A stretch of DNA of 64,000 bases from Turneriella sp. (GCA_965279515.1 CBDIID010000003.1:3808001-3872000); one strand, 5' to 3'; shown: positions 9,808-20,376, numbered from the stretch's first letter. A program made the numbers and translations. Notes: generated from the letters alone by a model not told the origin.

Positions 9808-11304
9808 CTAAAAGAGAATTCCAGCGATGGACGCCGCCAAAATGTTAGACATAACGCCTACCAAAACAGCTTTCATGCCCAAAGCTGCCAGTTCTGCCCG
9901 GCGGCTGGGTATCAGCGCCCCGACGCCCCCGGCCTGGATAGCGATCGAGGTGAGACTGCCGAAGCCGCAGAGCAGGTAGGTCGAGATCAGAAACGCTTTC
10001 GGCGAGAGGATTGCCTTGATTTTGCCGAGTTCAATGTAGCCGACGAATTCATTGAGCACAATGCGCGTGCCCAAGAGGTTGCCGACCTGCACTGCCTCAC
10101 CCCACGGCACGCCAGTCACGAATGCCACCGGCGCAAATACATAACCCAGGAGCTGTTGAATCGAGCCGGGCACAGCACTGATGACCTGTTGCAATCCGCC
10201 TGAGGTGTTCTGGATACCGAGATCGCGCGCCGATGACCACAGGCCGTTGAGAAGCGCGATGAGTGCAATGAAGGCGATCAGCATTGCCGCGACATTGGCG
10301 GCCAGAACGAGGCCCTCGGAGGCACCGCGCGCGGCGGCGTCGATGACGTTGACCGGGCGGTTCTCTTCGGTCTTCGCGATCGTTGCACCCTGTGCGGTTT
10401 CCGGCGTCTGTGTTTCAGGCATGACCATTTTCGCGAGCATGATGGCACCCGGCGCGGTCATGATCACTGACGCCAGTAGATGGCGTGCATCAACCCCGGC
10501 GACAGAGACATAGACAATGAGGATTCCCGCACTGCAATGGCACATGCCCGAGACGGTGATCGTGAAGAGCTCGGAGCGGGTAAGGTTCGCCAGGTAGGGT
10601 TTGATCGTCAGCGGCGCTTCGGTCTGGCCCATGAAGATGTTGGCGGCGACGTCGAGCGTCTCGGCGCCCGAGGCTTTCATGAAGCGGTTGATGAAACCGG
10701 CGATACCGCGGATCATGGGCTGCATAACGCCGAGGTAGTAGAGTACAGAAAAGATCGAGGCGACGAAGATGATCGTCGGTAAGACCTGGAAGGCGAAGAC
10801 GAAGGCGACGCCGCCGACTTTGTCACCCAGCGACGAAGCAAAAGCGGCGCTCATGGCATCTTGCGAACCGAACACACCGAACACGAAACTCGCGCCGGTG
10901 CCGGAATATTTGAGAATCTGCGTCGCGCCGCTTTTGAGACCTTCGAAGACAATCCCCACAATATTAAATTTCAGGACATAGAGAGCCAGTTCGATGAGGA
11001 CGACACGTTTGACCCATTTAAAAGAGACATTTTGCGCGATGTCTTTGCGGAAACGCGCGACCAGGTAGAGTGCGATAAACTGTGCAGCGACGATCGTGAG
11101 AAAAACACCGTGGCTGACCGGCAAAAAATCAAACAGGCGCGCGATATCGCCGCCGCGGATAATCAGAAGGGCAAAAGCGAACTGGAGAATGAGTCCCCAG
11201 ATTACCGTGCGCCAGTCGATGCTGCGGCGATTGGAGGAAAAAGCGTAACAGGCGCCGATAACGGCGGCGATGCCCAGAAGGCCGGTGAGATTTGTTAGAG
11301 CCAT
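9808..11304 (-). CDS. Concentrative nucleoside transporter (NupC/CNT family)
   Basis: FAFQVLPTIIF, NIFMGQTEAP, NEFVGY motifs; many TM segments. Confidence 0.92.
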   Translation of the reverse strand: MALTNLTGLLGIAAVIGACYAFSSNRRSIDWRTVIWGLILQFAFALLIIRGGDIARLFDFLPVSHGVFLTIVAAQFIALYLVARFRKDIAQNVSFKWVKRVVLIELALYVLKFNIVGIVFEGLKSGATQILKYSGTGASFVFGVFGSQDAMSAAFASSLGDKVGGVAFVFAFQVLPTIIFVASIFSVLYYLGVMQPMIRGIAGFINRFMKASGAETLDVAANIFMGQTEAPLTIKPYLANLTRSELFTITVSGMCHCSAGILIVYVSVAGVDARHLLASVIMTAPGAIMLAKMVMPETQTPETAQGATIAKTEENRPVNVIDAAARGASEGLVLAANVAAMLIAFIALIALLNGLWSSARDLGIQNTSGGLQQVISAVPGSIQQLLGYVFAPVAFVTGVPWGEAVQVGNLLGTRIVLNEFVGYIELGKIKAILSPKAFLISTYLLCGFGSLTSIAIQAGGVGALIPSRRAELAALGMKAVLVGVMSNILAASIAGILF

Positions 11305-11306
11305 TT

Positions 11307-11774
11307 TTAATCCTTCACATTATGGCGCTGCATCTCGTCAACCGTTGGCCGCATTAAGGCAATGAGGGCGATCAAAACGCCAAGCGAGATCAGCATACTT
11401 TTTTGTTGTGTCAGAAAATAGACAACGCCCAGGAAGAGCGCTGCGATTTCGAGCAGTGCCCACTGCACGATTTTCAGGCTGACATATTTGCGCACCGGCA
11501 CGGGCGAGGCACCGGATTCTGTGCCGCCACGGATCGCGCTTGTGCGCTGGCTGTTGCGCAAGATAAAGCGCGGCACGAGTTGCGAGAGTCCCACGGCAAC
11601 GACTGCAAGCACCGCAGCCACTGTCTGGAAAACAGCGATTTGTTCTTTTGCCATGGTTGTAGTGGCCTCCCCGGGTATCACGACAAAGTGCAGCACGAGG
11701 GCAAAGACTGCGGGGCCGAGCATAATGGCAAAGTGCAGCACATAGAGATGGGAAGGGACCTGAACTGTCGGCAT
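11307..11774 (-). CDS. Hypothetical membrane protein (~4 TM)
   Basis: Hydrophobic segments; 2-bp gap to the transporter gene. Confidence 0.65.
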   Translation of the reverse strand: MPTVQVPSHLYVLHFAIMLGPAVFALVLHFVVIPGEATTTMAKEQIAVFQTVAAVLAVVAVGLSQLVPRFILRNSQRTSAIRGGTESGASPVPVRKYVSLKIVQWALLEIAALFLGVVYFLTQQKSMLISLGVLIALIALMRPTVDEMQRHNVKD

Positions 11775-11866
11775 CGTGACCGGAAAAAGTGCGGAGCTAT
11801 ACCGTCAAGGAAGGAGTTTCGCGTCCGTTTGGATTTACAGTCTCAATCACGGACCGATTTTGCCGA

Positions 11867-13117
11867 ATGGCGTACGATAAGATCAGGATCCCGGCAACGG
11901 GTGAAAAAATTGCCATTAAAGACGGTAAGCTTTATGTTCCCGATCAACCCATCATTCCCTTTATCGAAGGCGACGGTACCGGCCCCGACATCTGGAAAGC
12001 GAGCGTGCGCGTCTTCGATGCGGCGGTCGAGAAAGCCTATGGCAGTAAGCGCAAAATTTCATGGCTCGAGGTCTATGCCGGTGAAAAATCCAATGCCGTC
12101 TATGCGCCGAACACCTGGCTGCCCGAAGAAACGCTAACCTGCCTCGCTGAATATAAGGTCTCGATCAAAGGCCCGATGACAACCCCCGTGGGTGGTGGCA
12201 TACGTTCGATCAACGTGGCCTTGCGGCAGATGTTGGATCTATACACCTGCCTGCGCCCGGTGCAGTATTTCGACGGCGTTCCTTCGCCGGTGAAACAGCC
12301 CGAAGACGTGGAAATGACGATCTTCCGCGAGAATACCGAAGATATCTATGCCGGTATCGAATTTGAGCCGGGCAGCGAAGGCGCCAAAAAAATCATCAAG
12401 GTGCTCGAAGAGACCGGCATGCTCGGGAAGGTGCGTTTTCCTGACACTTCATCCTTCGGCATCAAGCCCGTTTCACGCCATGGCACCGAGCGCCTGGTCA
12501 AGGCGGCGATTGAGTATGCGATTGCCAACAAACGCAAGTCGGTGACGCTGGTGCATAAAGGCAATATCATGAAATTTACCGAAGGGTATTTCTGCAAGTG
12601 GGGCTATGAAACCGCGAAAAAGTTTTTCCCGAATGAAACTGTGGCCTGGGAAGAGTGCGGCGGTAATCCGCCCGCAGGCAAGATTCTCATCAAAGACGCG
12701 ATCGCCGATGCCTTTCTGCAGCAGATTCTCTTGCGCCCGAAAGAATACGATGTGATCGCAACGTTAAATCTCAACGGCGACTACCTTTCCGACGCGCTCG
12801 CGGCGCAGGTCGGCGGTATTGGGATAGCCCCCGGCGCCAATATTAACTACACTACCGGGGCGGCGGTGTTCGAAGCGACACACGGTACCGCGCCGAAGTA
12901 CGCAGGACTCGATAAAGTGAATCCTTCATCGGTGATTCTCTCCGGTGAGATGATGCTGCGCTACCTGGGATGGACTGAAGCCGCGGACAGCATCATCAGC
13001 GCGCTCAAAAAAACCATTTCGCAGAAGACGGTGACATACGATTTCGCCCGTCTCATGGAAGGTGCCAAAGAAATCAAATGCTCTGAATTTGCCGATGCCC
13101 TGATCAGGAATCTTTAA
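11867..13117 (+). CDS. icd: NADP-dependent isocitrate dehydrogenase
   Basis: [51 protein letters not shown]. Confidence 0.96.
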   Translation: MAYDKIRIPATGEKIAIKDGKLYVPDQPIIPFIEGDGTGPDIWKASVRVFDAAVEKAYGSKRKISWLEVYAGEKSNAVYAPNTWLPEETLTCLAEYKVSIKGPMTTPVGGGIRSINVALRQMLDLYTCLRPVQYFDGVPSPVKQPEDVEMTIFRENTEDIYAGIEFEPGSEGAKKIIKVLEETGMLGKVRFPDTSSFGIKPVSRHGTERLVKAAIEYAIANKRKSVTLVHKGNIMKFTEGYFCKWGYETAKKFFPNETVAWEECGGNPPAGKILIKDAIADAFLQQILLRPKEYDVIATLNLNGDYLSDALAAQVGGIGIAPGANINYTTGAAVFEATHGTAPKYAGLDKVNPSSVILSGEMMLRYLGWTEAADSIISALKKTISQKTVTYDFARLMEGAKEIKCSEFADALIRNL

Positions 13118-13140
13118 CATCAAGAGGCACGGGTAACAAT

Positions 13141-13530
13141 ATGTCGTCTGTGTCTCAAGCTACTCCCCGCGCCATCGCTTTCAAGATTACCGCCATTGTG
13201 CTGATTGCTTTTTTTGCTTTCGCTGCGGTCGCCCACTACAATGACCCTGATCCGGTGCACTGGATGTTGTTTTATCTGACCTCGGCCCTGTGCTGCCTGC
13301 TGACTGTTGTCAGAAAAGATAGCCTGCCACTGCTTTATGTTTCGCTCGGTATGGCCGTCATGGAAATCGCTGCGACGGGCGACGGGTTTCTTGCCGGGCT
13401 TAAGGAAGGCGCCGTGATGGAGAAATCTTATTTTGTTCTGCGCCGGGATTTTTTAGGCGCATTCGTCAGCCTGCTGGTTTCCGTTTGCCTCGTGATTCGC
13501 CTGCGCAGCCCGGCACGAAAATCAAAGTAG
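13141..13530 (+). CDS. Transmembrane protein 220 family
   Basis: HYNDPDP..W..Y motif, 4 TM. Confidence 0.7.
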   Translation: MSSVSQATPRAIAFKITAIVLIAFFAFAAVAHYNDPDPVHWMLFYLTSALCCLLTVVRKDSLPLLYVSLGMAVMEIAATGDGFLAGLKEGAVMEKSYFVLRRDFLGAFVSLLVSVCLVIRLRSPARKSK

Positions 13531-13535
13531 GCGGG

Positions 13536-14384
13536 TCACACGACCCAAAACCTCTCACCCTTATTAAACCTCTCTACACCTTTTTTCATGCTCTCGCTCG
13601 TCGCCACGGGATAAAGATTGCGCGCTTCGAGTGTCATTGCTTCTTTCAGGGTCAGGTGCGTGCCGTTCAGCGCAGAAGCGAGGTCGGCCATGAGCGCGTC
13701 GCGCGGCGATGCGCAGATCTGTTTCGCGAGTTTCAGCGCGCGTGTTAAGCCTTCGCCTTTTTTCGCGAGTTCCCAGACGAGGCCGATTTCGTAAGCGCGG
13801 CGAGCGCGTATGCGTTGCCCTGTGATGATGAGCGGTAATGCCGCGCCCCAGTTCAGGAGCCGCGGCAGGTAAACTGTGCCGCCATCAACCAGGGGAACAC
13901 CCCAGCGGCGGCAGGCGACGGAAAACAATGCCTGCGGTTCGGCGATGCGTATGTGGCCGTGGCAAAAAAGTTCGAGCCCACCGGCATAGGTATAACCGTG
14001 GCTGACAGTGATGACGGGTTTTTGCTGTATGATGCGCGAGCCGCCCATGGGGCCGGGGTTATTCTGTGCATACGCCTCGAGTTTCGCAAAATCGGGCGGC
14101 GGGCTGAGTTCATGTTCGGGCATCAGGCCACCTGAAAGTGTCTCCAATGCGGTGAGGTCGGCGCCGGCGCAAAAAGATTTATCACCAGCACCGTGCAGGA
14201 CAGCCACTGTGAGCGAGGCATCGTCGCGGAAGGTTATCCACGCTTCGAGAAAATATTTCGCCATCTCGCCGTTACACGCGTTGTGCACTTCGGGGCGGTT
14301 CATCGTGATCTGAAAAATCTTGCCGCCCTCGCTTTCGTGGATTTTCGTCAGGATCGGTTTTTCAGCCATGAACCGTAATGCCAT
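13536..14384 (-). CDS. Enoyl-CoA hydratase/isomerase family protein
   Basis: NRPEVHNA, FCAGADL, AGGLEL, RRWGVPLVDGGT. Confidence 0.9.
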   Translation of the reverse strand: MALRFMAEKPILTKIHESEGGKIFQITMNRPEVHNACNGEMAKYFLEAWITFRDDASLTVAVLHGAGDKSFCAGADLTALETLSGGLMPEHELSPPPDFAKLEAYAQNNPGPMGGSRIIQQKPVITVSHGYTYAGGLELFCHGHIRIAEPQALFSVACRRWGVPLVDGGTVYLPRLLNWGAALPLIITGQRIRARRAYEIGLVWELAKKGEGLTRALKLAKQICASPRDALMADLASALNGTHLTLKEAMTLEARNLYPVATSESMKKGVERFNKGERFWVV

Positions 14385-14403
14385 GGCGGCTTATGCGGGC
14401 AAG

Positions 14404-14781
14404 TCAGCGCGGATTTTGAATGCTGTTGCGCAATGCCTTGTGCGTCAAATACAGGTCGAGGATCAGATTGAAGATATAAATGCCGGTAAACGCAAAGACG
14501 AATGCGGGCGGGTATGCGCGGGGATATTTAACGCGCGGCATCGTGAACTCGATGACGACGCCCATCACACAGACGAAAAGCATCAACCATCCCCACGCGT
14601 CGGGTCTGACCGAAAGGTTTGCCCTATCGTGTGCCTTTGCGCGTACGATGCTTAGGGGAAATAGTATGCGGAAAAGACCCCGCAGCGGCAGAATGCGCCG
14701 CCGCCGCGCAATGACAATGCCCTGTTTATCGTAGGCATCGAATTTTCCGGAGGCGATTAGGGCCTGCTTTATATCCATCAT
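14404..14781 (-). CDS. Hypothetical membrane protein
   Basis: Two C-terminal hydrophobic segments; start placed at MMDIKQ. Confidence 0.5.
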   Translation of the reverse strand: MMDIKQALIASGKFDAYDKQGIVIARRRRILPLRGLFRILFPLSIVRAKAHDRANLSVRPDAWGWLMLFVCVMGVVIEFTMPRVKYPRAYPPAFVFAFTGIYIFNLILDLYLTHKALRNSIQNPR

Positions 14782-14841
14782 GAATCCGACCTTCAATCCG
14801 GAGCTGGTGCCTGCGCGTAAACCGATTTGTGCCACGCAGTT

Positions 14842-14857
14842 TTGGCATGAATCTTGC
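14842..14857 (+). promoter_or_regulatory. Putative sigma54 (-24/-12) promoter upstream of the HAD hydrolase
   Basis: TTGGCATGAATCTTGC, GG-N10-GC spacing, intergenic; identical 16-mer to the one upstream of amtB. Confidence 0.6.
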
Positions 14858-14905
14858 CATTTACTTGACGCTGCGCAAATGCCGTGGCAGGGTTGGGTAA
14901 CGGAA

Positions 14906-15688
14906 ATGGCAGGCGCAGAAAACATCAGGGCGGTACTCTTTGACATCGACGGGGTTCTCTATGTCGGCGATGCCGTGATTCCGGGGGCTGTGGATGCAGT
15001 GCAGCGTATCAAGGCGAAGGGGTTGCCGGTGCGATTTGTCACCAATACCACGACCCAGTCGCATGCACAGCTGCGGGAGAAACTGAATAAGCTGGGTTTT
15101 AATATCCCGGCGGAGGAGATCCTCAGTGCGCCGCAGGCCGCGGTGATTTCGTTGCGGCGGATGAAAAACCCGCGCTGTCTTTTCGTGCTCGACGAGCGGG
15201 TGCGCGGTGATTTTGCCGAGTTTACTGCCGACGAGAGTTTTCCCGACGTCGTCGTCGTGGGCGACATTGGCGACAAATGGAGTTATGCCCTGCTCAACAA
15301 AATCTTTACACTGGTGCGCAAGGGTGCGCATCTTATCGCGCTCCACAAAAACCGTTTCTGGCAGACCGAGAAGGGCCTGCAGATGGACATCGGCGCCTTC
15401 GTCACCGGCATCGAGTATGCCACGGGCAAACGTGCCACGATCATGGGCAAACCTTCACCGGCATTTTTTAATGTCGCGCTGCACGAGCTGGGCGTACCGG
15501 CGCATGCAGTGGCGATTATCGGCGACGACATCGACTCTGACATCGGCGGCGGGCAAGATGCGGGTATCCGTGGCATTCTTGTCGAGACGGGTAAATACCG
15601 CGAAGACTATACGCGCGAATCGGCGATTAAGCCCGATCTGCTCATCCATTCGGTGGCAGATTTACCCCGGGCGCTGGGTTTAAGTTAA
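14906..15688 (+). CDS. HAD-superfamily subfamily IIA hydrolase (LHPP/HDHD2-like)
   Basis: FDIDGVL, VTNTT, GKPS, IGDDIDSDIGG motifs. Confidence 0.9.
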   Translation: MAGAENIRAVLFDIDGVLYVGDAVIPGAVDAVQRIKAKGLPVRFVTNTTTQSHAQLREKLNKLGFNIPAEEILSAPQAAVISLRRMKNPRCLFVLDERVRGDFAEFTADESFPDVVVVGDIGDKWSYALLNKIFTLVRKGAHLIALHKNRFWQTEKGLQMDIGAFVTGIEYATGKRATIMGKPSPAFFNVALHELGVPAHAVAIIGDDIDSDIGGGQDAGIRGILVETGKYREDYTRESAIKPDLLIHSVADLPRALGLS

Positions 15689-15738
15689 AGGCAAGGCAAA
15701 ATGCTTGACGAGCCCCGCTTGTCTAAGCTGGTTCAACC

Positions 15739-16302
15739 ATGATCGCGGTTTTCGAAAAAGCTGAAATCCGAAAGCACGCTGTACCTCTGACGATAGAGCA
15801 ATACCATACGCTTGTCAATGAAGGTTCTTTTTCCAATGATATTGAGTTTATCCGGGGAGCATTGATAGAGAAAATGTCAAAATCGCCGTTGCATGAATAC
15901 ATCATCGCGAAATTAATCCAGGCGATTACGCCGCTTTTGGGCAGAGAATTTCTACTGCGCAAAGAAGGGCCAATCTCTACACGGGATTCTGAACCTGAAC
16001 CGGATATTTCCATCGTAAAAGGAAGTCCTGACGATTTTTTGACGAAGCATCCGTCCACTGCGGAGTTTGTTGCCGAAGTTGCTGTGACGTCCCAGGATAT
16101 CGATTTTGCCAAGGCGGATATCTATGCAGAAGCAGGCATACCGGTCTACGCGCTCATCGACGCCAAGGCATGCGTTGTGCATTTACATACAAAGCCGAAA
16201 GAAGGCAGGTATGCTGAGGTTACCCTGCAGACGGACAACATGGAGCTTGGGCTGAGTGGAGCCAAAATTGATCTGAAGTCTGTCTTTCCTGAAGCACCAT
16301 AA
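15739..16302 (+). CDS. Uma2 family putative restriction endonuclease
   Basis: LTIEQYH, EPEPDI, VAEVA..S, K..IYAEAGIPVY motifs. Confidence 0.85.
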   Translation: MIAVFEKAEIRKHAVPLTIEQYHTLVNEGSFSNDIEFIRGALIEKMSKSPLHEYIIAKLIQAITPLLGREFLLRKEGPISTRDSEPEPDISIVKGSPDDFLTKHPSTAEFVAEVAVTSQDIDFAKADIYAEAGIPVYALIDAKACVVHLHTKPKEGRYAEVTLQTDNMELGLSGAKIDLKSVFPEAP

Positions 16303-16339
16303 ATTCTTTTCACGCGGTCTGAATTCCGCAGGTTTACCC

Positions 16340-17482
16340 ATGTCAGCATTAACTATTCTCTCCGACGAAGAGCAGTCGTACTTCGACGCAATCAAAGATT
16401 TCGCCAAAAAAGAGATCACCCCGCACGTGATGGCGATGGACGAAGCGCAACAGGTCAATAAAGATATCGTCAAAAAACTCTTCGAAATGGGCATGATGGG
16501 CATCGAAGTGCCGCAGAGCCTCGAGGGTTCCGAAGCATCGTTTTTTACCGCGATTCTCGCGGTGCAGGCCATCTCGCAGGTCGACCCCTCGGTCGGTGTC
16601 ATGGTCGATGTGCAGAACACACTGGTCAACAATGCCTTCATGCGCTGGGGTTCAGACGCACTGAAAAAGAAATACCTGCCGCAGCTCGCGACAGGTAAAG
16701 TGGGATCATACTGTTTGTCCGAAAGTTCATCCGGCTCTGACGCTTTTGCCCTCAAAACCAAGGCCGCGAAAAAGGACGGTAAATATATTCTGAACGGGCA
16801 AAAGCTCTGGATCACGAATGCCGGCGAAGCGGATATCTTCATTATTATTGCGAACCTCAACCCCGAAGCGGGTTATAAAGGCATCACCGCCTTTATCGTC
16901 GAGCGTGGGTTTAAAGGTTTCTCTGTTTCGAAAAAAGAAAATAAGCTCGGCATACGCGCATCTTCAACCTGCGAACTCGTGCTCGAAGACTGCGAAGTGC
17001 CGCTCGAAAACCTGCTCGGCGAAGAGGGCAAGGGATATAAAGTTGCGATCGAAACCCTTAACGAAGGCCGTATCGGCATCGGCGCGCAGATGGTCGGCCT
17101 CGCCGAAGCGGCGCTCGGCCACGCCGTCGACTATGTAAAGACGCGTAACCAGTTCGGCAAACCAATCTCTTCATTCCAGGGCATGCAGTTTCAGCTCGCG
17201 CAGATGGCGATCGACGTCGAAAGCGCAAAACTCATGGTCTATAACGCCGCGCGCCTTAAAGATGCAGGCAAAGATTTCGTCAAAGAAGCAGCGATGGCCA
17301 AATACCATTCGAGCCAGGTCGCCGAGCGCGTGGCTTCGCTGGCCGTTGAATGTTTTGGCGGTTACGGCTTTGTGAAAGATTATCCGGTCGAAAAACTCTA
17401 CCGCGACGCCAAGATTGGCAAGATCTATGAAGGCACGAGCTTCATGCAGCTCATGACGATCGGCAAAATTCTGCTGGGTTGA
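16340..17482 (+). CDS. Acyl-CoA dehydrogenase (short/branched-chain type)
   Basis: YCLSESSSGSD, KLWITN, KLGIRASST, RNQFGK, RDAKIGKIYEGTS. Confidence 0.93.
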   Translation: MSALTILSDEEQSYFDAIKDFAKKEITPHVMAMDEAQQVNKDIVKKLFEMGMMGIEVPQSLEGSEASFFTAILAVQAISQVDPSVGVMVDVQNTLVNNAFMRWGSDALKKKYLPQLATGKVGSYCLSESSSGSDAFALKTKAAKKDGKYILNGQKLWITNAGEADIFIIIANLNPEAGYKGITAFIVERGFKGFSVSKKENKLGIRASSTCELVLEDCEVPLENLLGEEGKGYKVAIETLNEGRIGIGAQMVGLAEAALGHAVDYVKTRNQFGKPISSFQGMQFQLAQMAIDVESAKLMVYNAARLKDAGKDFVKEAAMAKYHSSQVAERVASLAVECFGGYGFVKDYPVEKLYRDAKIGKIYEGTSFMQLMTIGKILLG

Positions 17483-17549
17483 TTTTTCGTAATATCAGGG
17501 TAGAAAAATGTTAACCGCAGAGTACGCAAAGTTACGCGAAGTTAAGGGC

Positions 17550-18047
17550 ATGAAGTTGCCTTTTCTGCCTTTGCGCAAGTTAGCGCACTTTGCGGTTTTT
17601 ATGCTCTCTTTCCTTATAATGGGGTCTGCTTCGGCCATTACAGCAAAAGGCGACGACGAACTCAAAAGTTTTATCGGTAAGTTTGCGGGCGTGTTTAAGA
17701 CAGCCGACCATGAGACGCTCGTCAACGCTGAGATGGTGCACTTTCCGCTGCGCCTCAAGGGCACGCTCGATGATTCGCCCGAGATTAAAATCAACGAAAA
17801 ACAATTTTCTAAAACCCTGGCGAAGATCGCCAACCAGCCGTCGGGTATGAACGCGAAGAATTTCAAGGAGACCGAGAAGGATTATGTCTCTAAGCAGGTG
17901 ATCAAAGGCACCTTGCCGACCGACTCGGGGCAGGGCACGGTTCGTCTCGGCAACCTGGTCTTCGGCAAAAAGGCGAAAAAATGGAAGCTCGTGATGATTT
18001 ATACTTCCGACGAGCTGATCGCCGAATTGCAGTCGAAAAAGAAGTAG
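17550..18047 (+). CDS. Hypothetical secreted protein
   Basis: Signal-peptide-like N-terminus, Lys-rich body. Confidence 0.6.
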   Translation: MKLPFLPLRKLAHFAVFMLSFLIMGSASAITAKGDDELKSFIGKFAGVFKTADHETLVNAEMVHFPLRLKGTLDDSPEIKINEKQFSKTLAKIANQPSGMNAKNFKETEKDYVSKQVIKGTLPTDSGQGTVRLGNLVFGKKAKKWKLVMIYTSDELIAELQSKKK

Positions 18048-18065
18048 TTTAAGGGGGAAATCCCC

Positions 18066-18093
18066 CAAAGTTTAGCCCCCGTTTGGCCGATAT
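18066..18093 (+). promoter_or_regulatory. Putative sigma28 (FliA/SigD) promoter
   Basis: CAAAGTTT...GCCGATAT (CAAA-N16-GCCGATAT), 9 bp upstream of the GTG at 18103. Confidence 0.55.
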
Positions 18094-18102
18094 TCAAAGG
18101 GC

Positions 18103-19620
18103 GTGGCCTTCGTTAAGCGATACAGTCTCTATGCAGCCTTTTACCTGCTCGCCGGTGTAGCGGTGCTGTTCACACATTACATGCAGGTTTCGCCGTATAA
18201 AAAGGCAGAGCTGGACGAAAAGCTGACGCTGTCTGCCGCATCGCATTTTGCGCTCTCGCAGCTCGTCGATAATCTGCCGGTGATTTTTAAGGATAGCCCG
18301 CACGCCGCGGCGCTGAAGCTCAGCGACATCAAGGGCAGTTTTCTGGGCGCGATGTACGATGCGCGGCGCATGAGCGCGGCCGAGTATAAAACCTTTCTCG
18401 ATACCAAAATTTTTGAGTCCGGCAAGACGCCGGTGCCCGGCTATGAGATGCATGTCTGGGAGAGCAAACGGCGCAAACTGCGCATCATCGCGCTGAGCCT
18501 CAAACGCATGCAGTTCAGCGAATACCTCGCCGGCATGGGCCGCGACTATTCGCTGCATTACATTATTCCTCTTTATATACTCATCGGTGGATTGCTGCTG
18601 GCCGGATTCCATTTCTTTTTCAACGGCAAAAAATTCGAGTTGCCGCGTTTTAAACTGGGTGGAACAAAAGCTGCACCGGTACGCACGGCCTCCGCGCCGC
18701 CGGTGAGAATGCCCGCAAAGACCACGGCGAATGCCTGGCAGCTGAAGTCGGGGGTCATTGCCGAAGGGACTATACACGCGACGCTCAGCGCATTGCGCTC
18801 TTTGGCCGGCGCGTCTTCGGTCAGTCTTTTTGCACAAAGTGCAGGGTCGCTCTGGCACCGCGCTGAATGGCAGGGCGTCGCCGAAGTGCGCGGCTCTCTC
18901 ACGGTGCGCGGCGAAGCGATGGAAACCCCGGGCCCGCTCATGGTAAAGGTCGAATCTGACTCTGAAATTTTAACTTCGCACGACCGCTCTGAATGGCTGT
19001 TTTTCAACACCGAGGCAAAATCAGCGCAGCTGTGTTTTGCGCTGCGTTTTCCCTCGGGCGACCACGCGCCCTCGGGCGATCTCTCGCAGCAGATCACGGC
19101 CTTTGTGAAGACGAATTGCCGCAGCCTGCTGGTCGAACACTATTACGAAAACTCGATTCTCGATGCCGAAAGCGGCCTCTATAGCCTGCCGTACGCGATG
19201 TTCACGCTGAAAGAAAAAATTCTCGGCGGATTACCCTTTGCGACGGCAATCTTTCGTTTTGCGGACGGCGATTTCAGCGCCGCGGTGTTTACGAAGGTGG
19301 CACGCGCCGCGATTCGGGTGATGCGCGAAAATTTTCTTGCCGAAGAAGCGCCTGTCATCGCCCGCGGGCAGGGCAATACCATCGTCATTATCTTCAACGC
19401 CCAGAAGGGCGATAAAACAAAATATCTCAGGGCGGTAGAGCAGCTCTACAACGCCTACGCAAGCCTGGGCCGTCGCGCCGCGGCGGGTTTTATGGAAGAT
19501 ACGGCAAGTACAGGTTCGGGCGCGCGCGTGATGAAGATTTTTGAACGCCTGCTCGAGAAGTCGCAGACCACCGGCCAATTAGCGCTTTACACGCTTCAAT
19601 CCCACCTTAATATCATTTAG
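18103..19620 (+). CDS. Membrane protein with a degenerate GGDEF-like C-terminal domain
   Basis: Two TM segments; DAESGLYS resembles D.LTGL.N, and IARGQGNTIVIIF sits where ARxGGDEF would be. Confidence 0.55.
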   Translation: MAFVKRYSLYAAFYLLAGVAVLFTHYMQVSPYKKAELDEKLTLSAASHFALSQLVDNLPVIFKDSPHAAALKLSDIKGSFLGAMYDARRMSAAEYKTFLDTKIFESGKTPVPGYEMHVWESKRRKLRIIALSLKRMQFSEYLAGMGRDYSLHYIIPLYILIGGLLLAGFHFFFNGKKFELPRFKLGGTKAAPVRTASAPPVRMPAKTTANAWQLKSGVIAEGTIHATLSALRSLAGASSVSLFAQSAGSLWHRAEWQGVAEVRGSLTVRGEAMETPGPLMVKVESDSEILTSHDRSEWLFFNTEAKSAQLCFALRFPSGDHAPSGDLSQQITAFVKTNCRSLLVEHYYENSILDAESGLYSLPYAMFTLKEKILGGLPFATAIFRFADGDFSAAVFTKVARAAIRVMRENFLAEEAPVIARGQGNTIVIIFNAQKGDKTKYLRAVEQLYNAYASLGRRAAAGFMEDTASTGSGARVMKIFERLLEKSQTTGQLALYTLQSHLNII

Positions 19621-19638
19621 TCCCCCAGGGCGCGCAAA

Positions 19639-20376
19639 ATGGCCGACTTAGTCTCACGTCGCATGATGAAGAACCTGCTGACGAAGCGGACCGGTGGCTC
19701 GCGTGTCGTCACAGAGAATGTCGCCATTTTAAAGGCCATCGAGGCCGTGCCCAAAATCGCCAGCGTCGAATCAGACAACTATTACAAAGAGCCGGTCACC
19801 ATCGAATATTATATTCCCAAAGAGAGCCGCTTCGCCTACCAGGTGAAGTACCTGTACATACCTCTCTATGATCCGCCGACGAAGAACGACAACCAGGTTC
19901 TGGTCATGAATCACTTCAAGGAACTCGGCGAACCCATCGACCTGATGAAGGTGATGGACGATTACCCGCAATTTTTAGTGAAGATGCTCGACTACCTTTC
20001 GCCGCAGATGTCGATCATCGAAAACATGAGCCGCAACATCCAGGACGGTTTGGCTGGTGAACACGAGGCGTTCCGGCGTGCTTTGTATACCTGCGAGGTG
20101 TTGCACAAGTTCGAACCTTCGATTGTCTCGCTCGAAATTGTCGGCGACTACACGACGTTTAATATCAACTGGTTTATCCGTAAGCTGAATTCGCTCAAGG
20201 TCGAGTTTTCACTCGAAGACCCGACAATCGAATATCTCATGAACCGTTACCGACGCTTTGCTGCGGATGCGAATGAAACGATACCCGAGCGCTTTGAGAT
20301 TTTATCGCAGATTTTTCTCGACCAGGCGTTTCCGCTGAGCGACGAAGAATACTCCGAACTGATTAATCCGGACTAA
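19639..20376 (+). CDS. Hypothetical cytoplasmic protein
   Basis: Long ORF with typical codon usage, 18 bp after the previous gene. Confidence 0.7.
   Translation: MADLVSRRMMKNLLTKRTGGSRVVTENVAILKAIEAVPKIASVESDNYYKEPVTIEYYIPKESRFAYQVKYLYIPLYDPPTKNDNQVLVMNHFKELGEPIDLMKVMDDYPQFLVKMLDYLSPQMSIIENMSRNIQDGLAGEHEAFRRALYTCEVLHKFEPSIVSLEIVGDYTTFNINWFIRKLNSLKVEFSLEDPTIEYLMNRYRRFAADANETIPERFEILSQIFLDQAFPLSDEEYSELINPD

Noticed and set aside
11403..12137. 244-aa plus-strand ORF
   Set aside because: Overlaps a minus-strand membrane gene and icd in another frame; no motifs
15739..16302. Uma2 nuclease as part of a defence island
   Set aside because: Solitary, flanked by metabolic genes, with no methylase or other defence genes nearby
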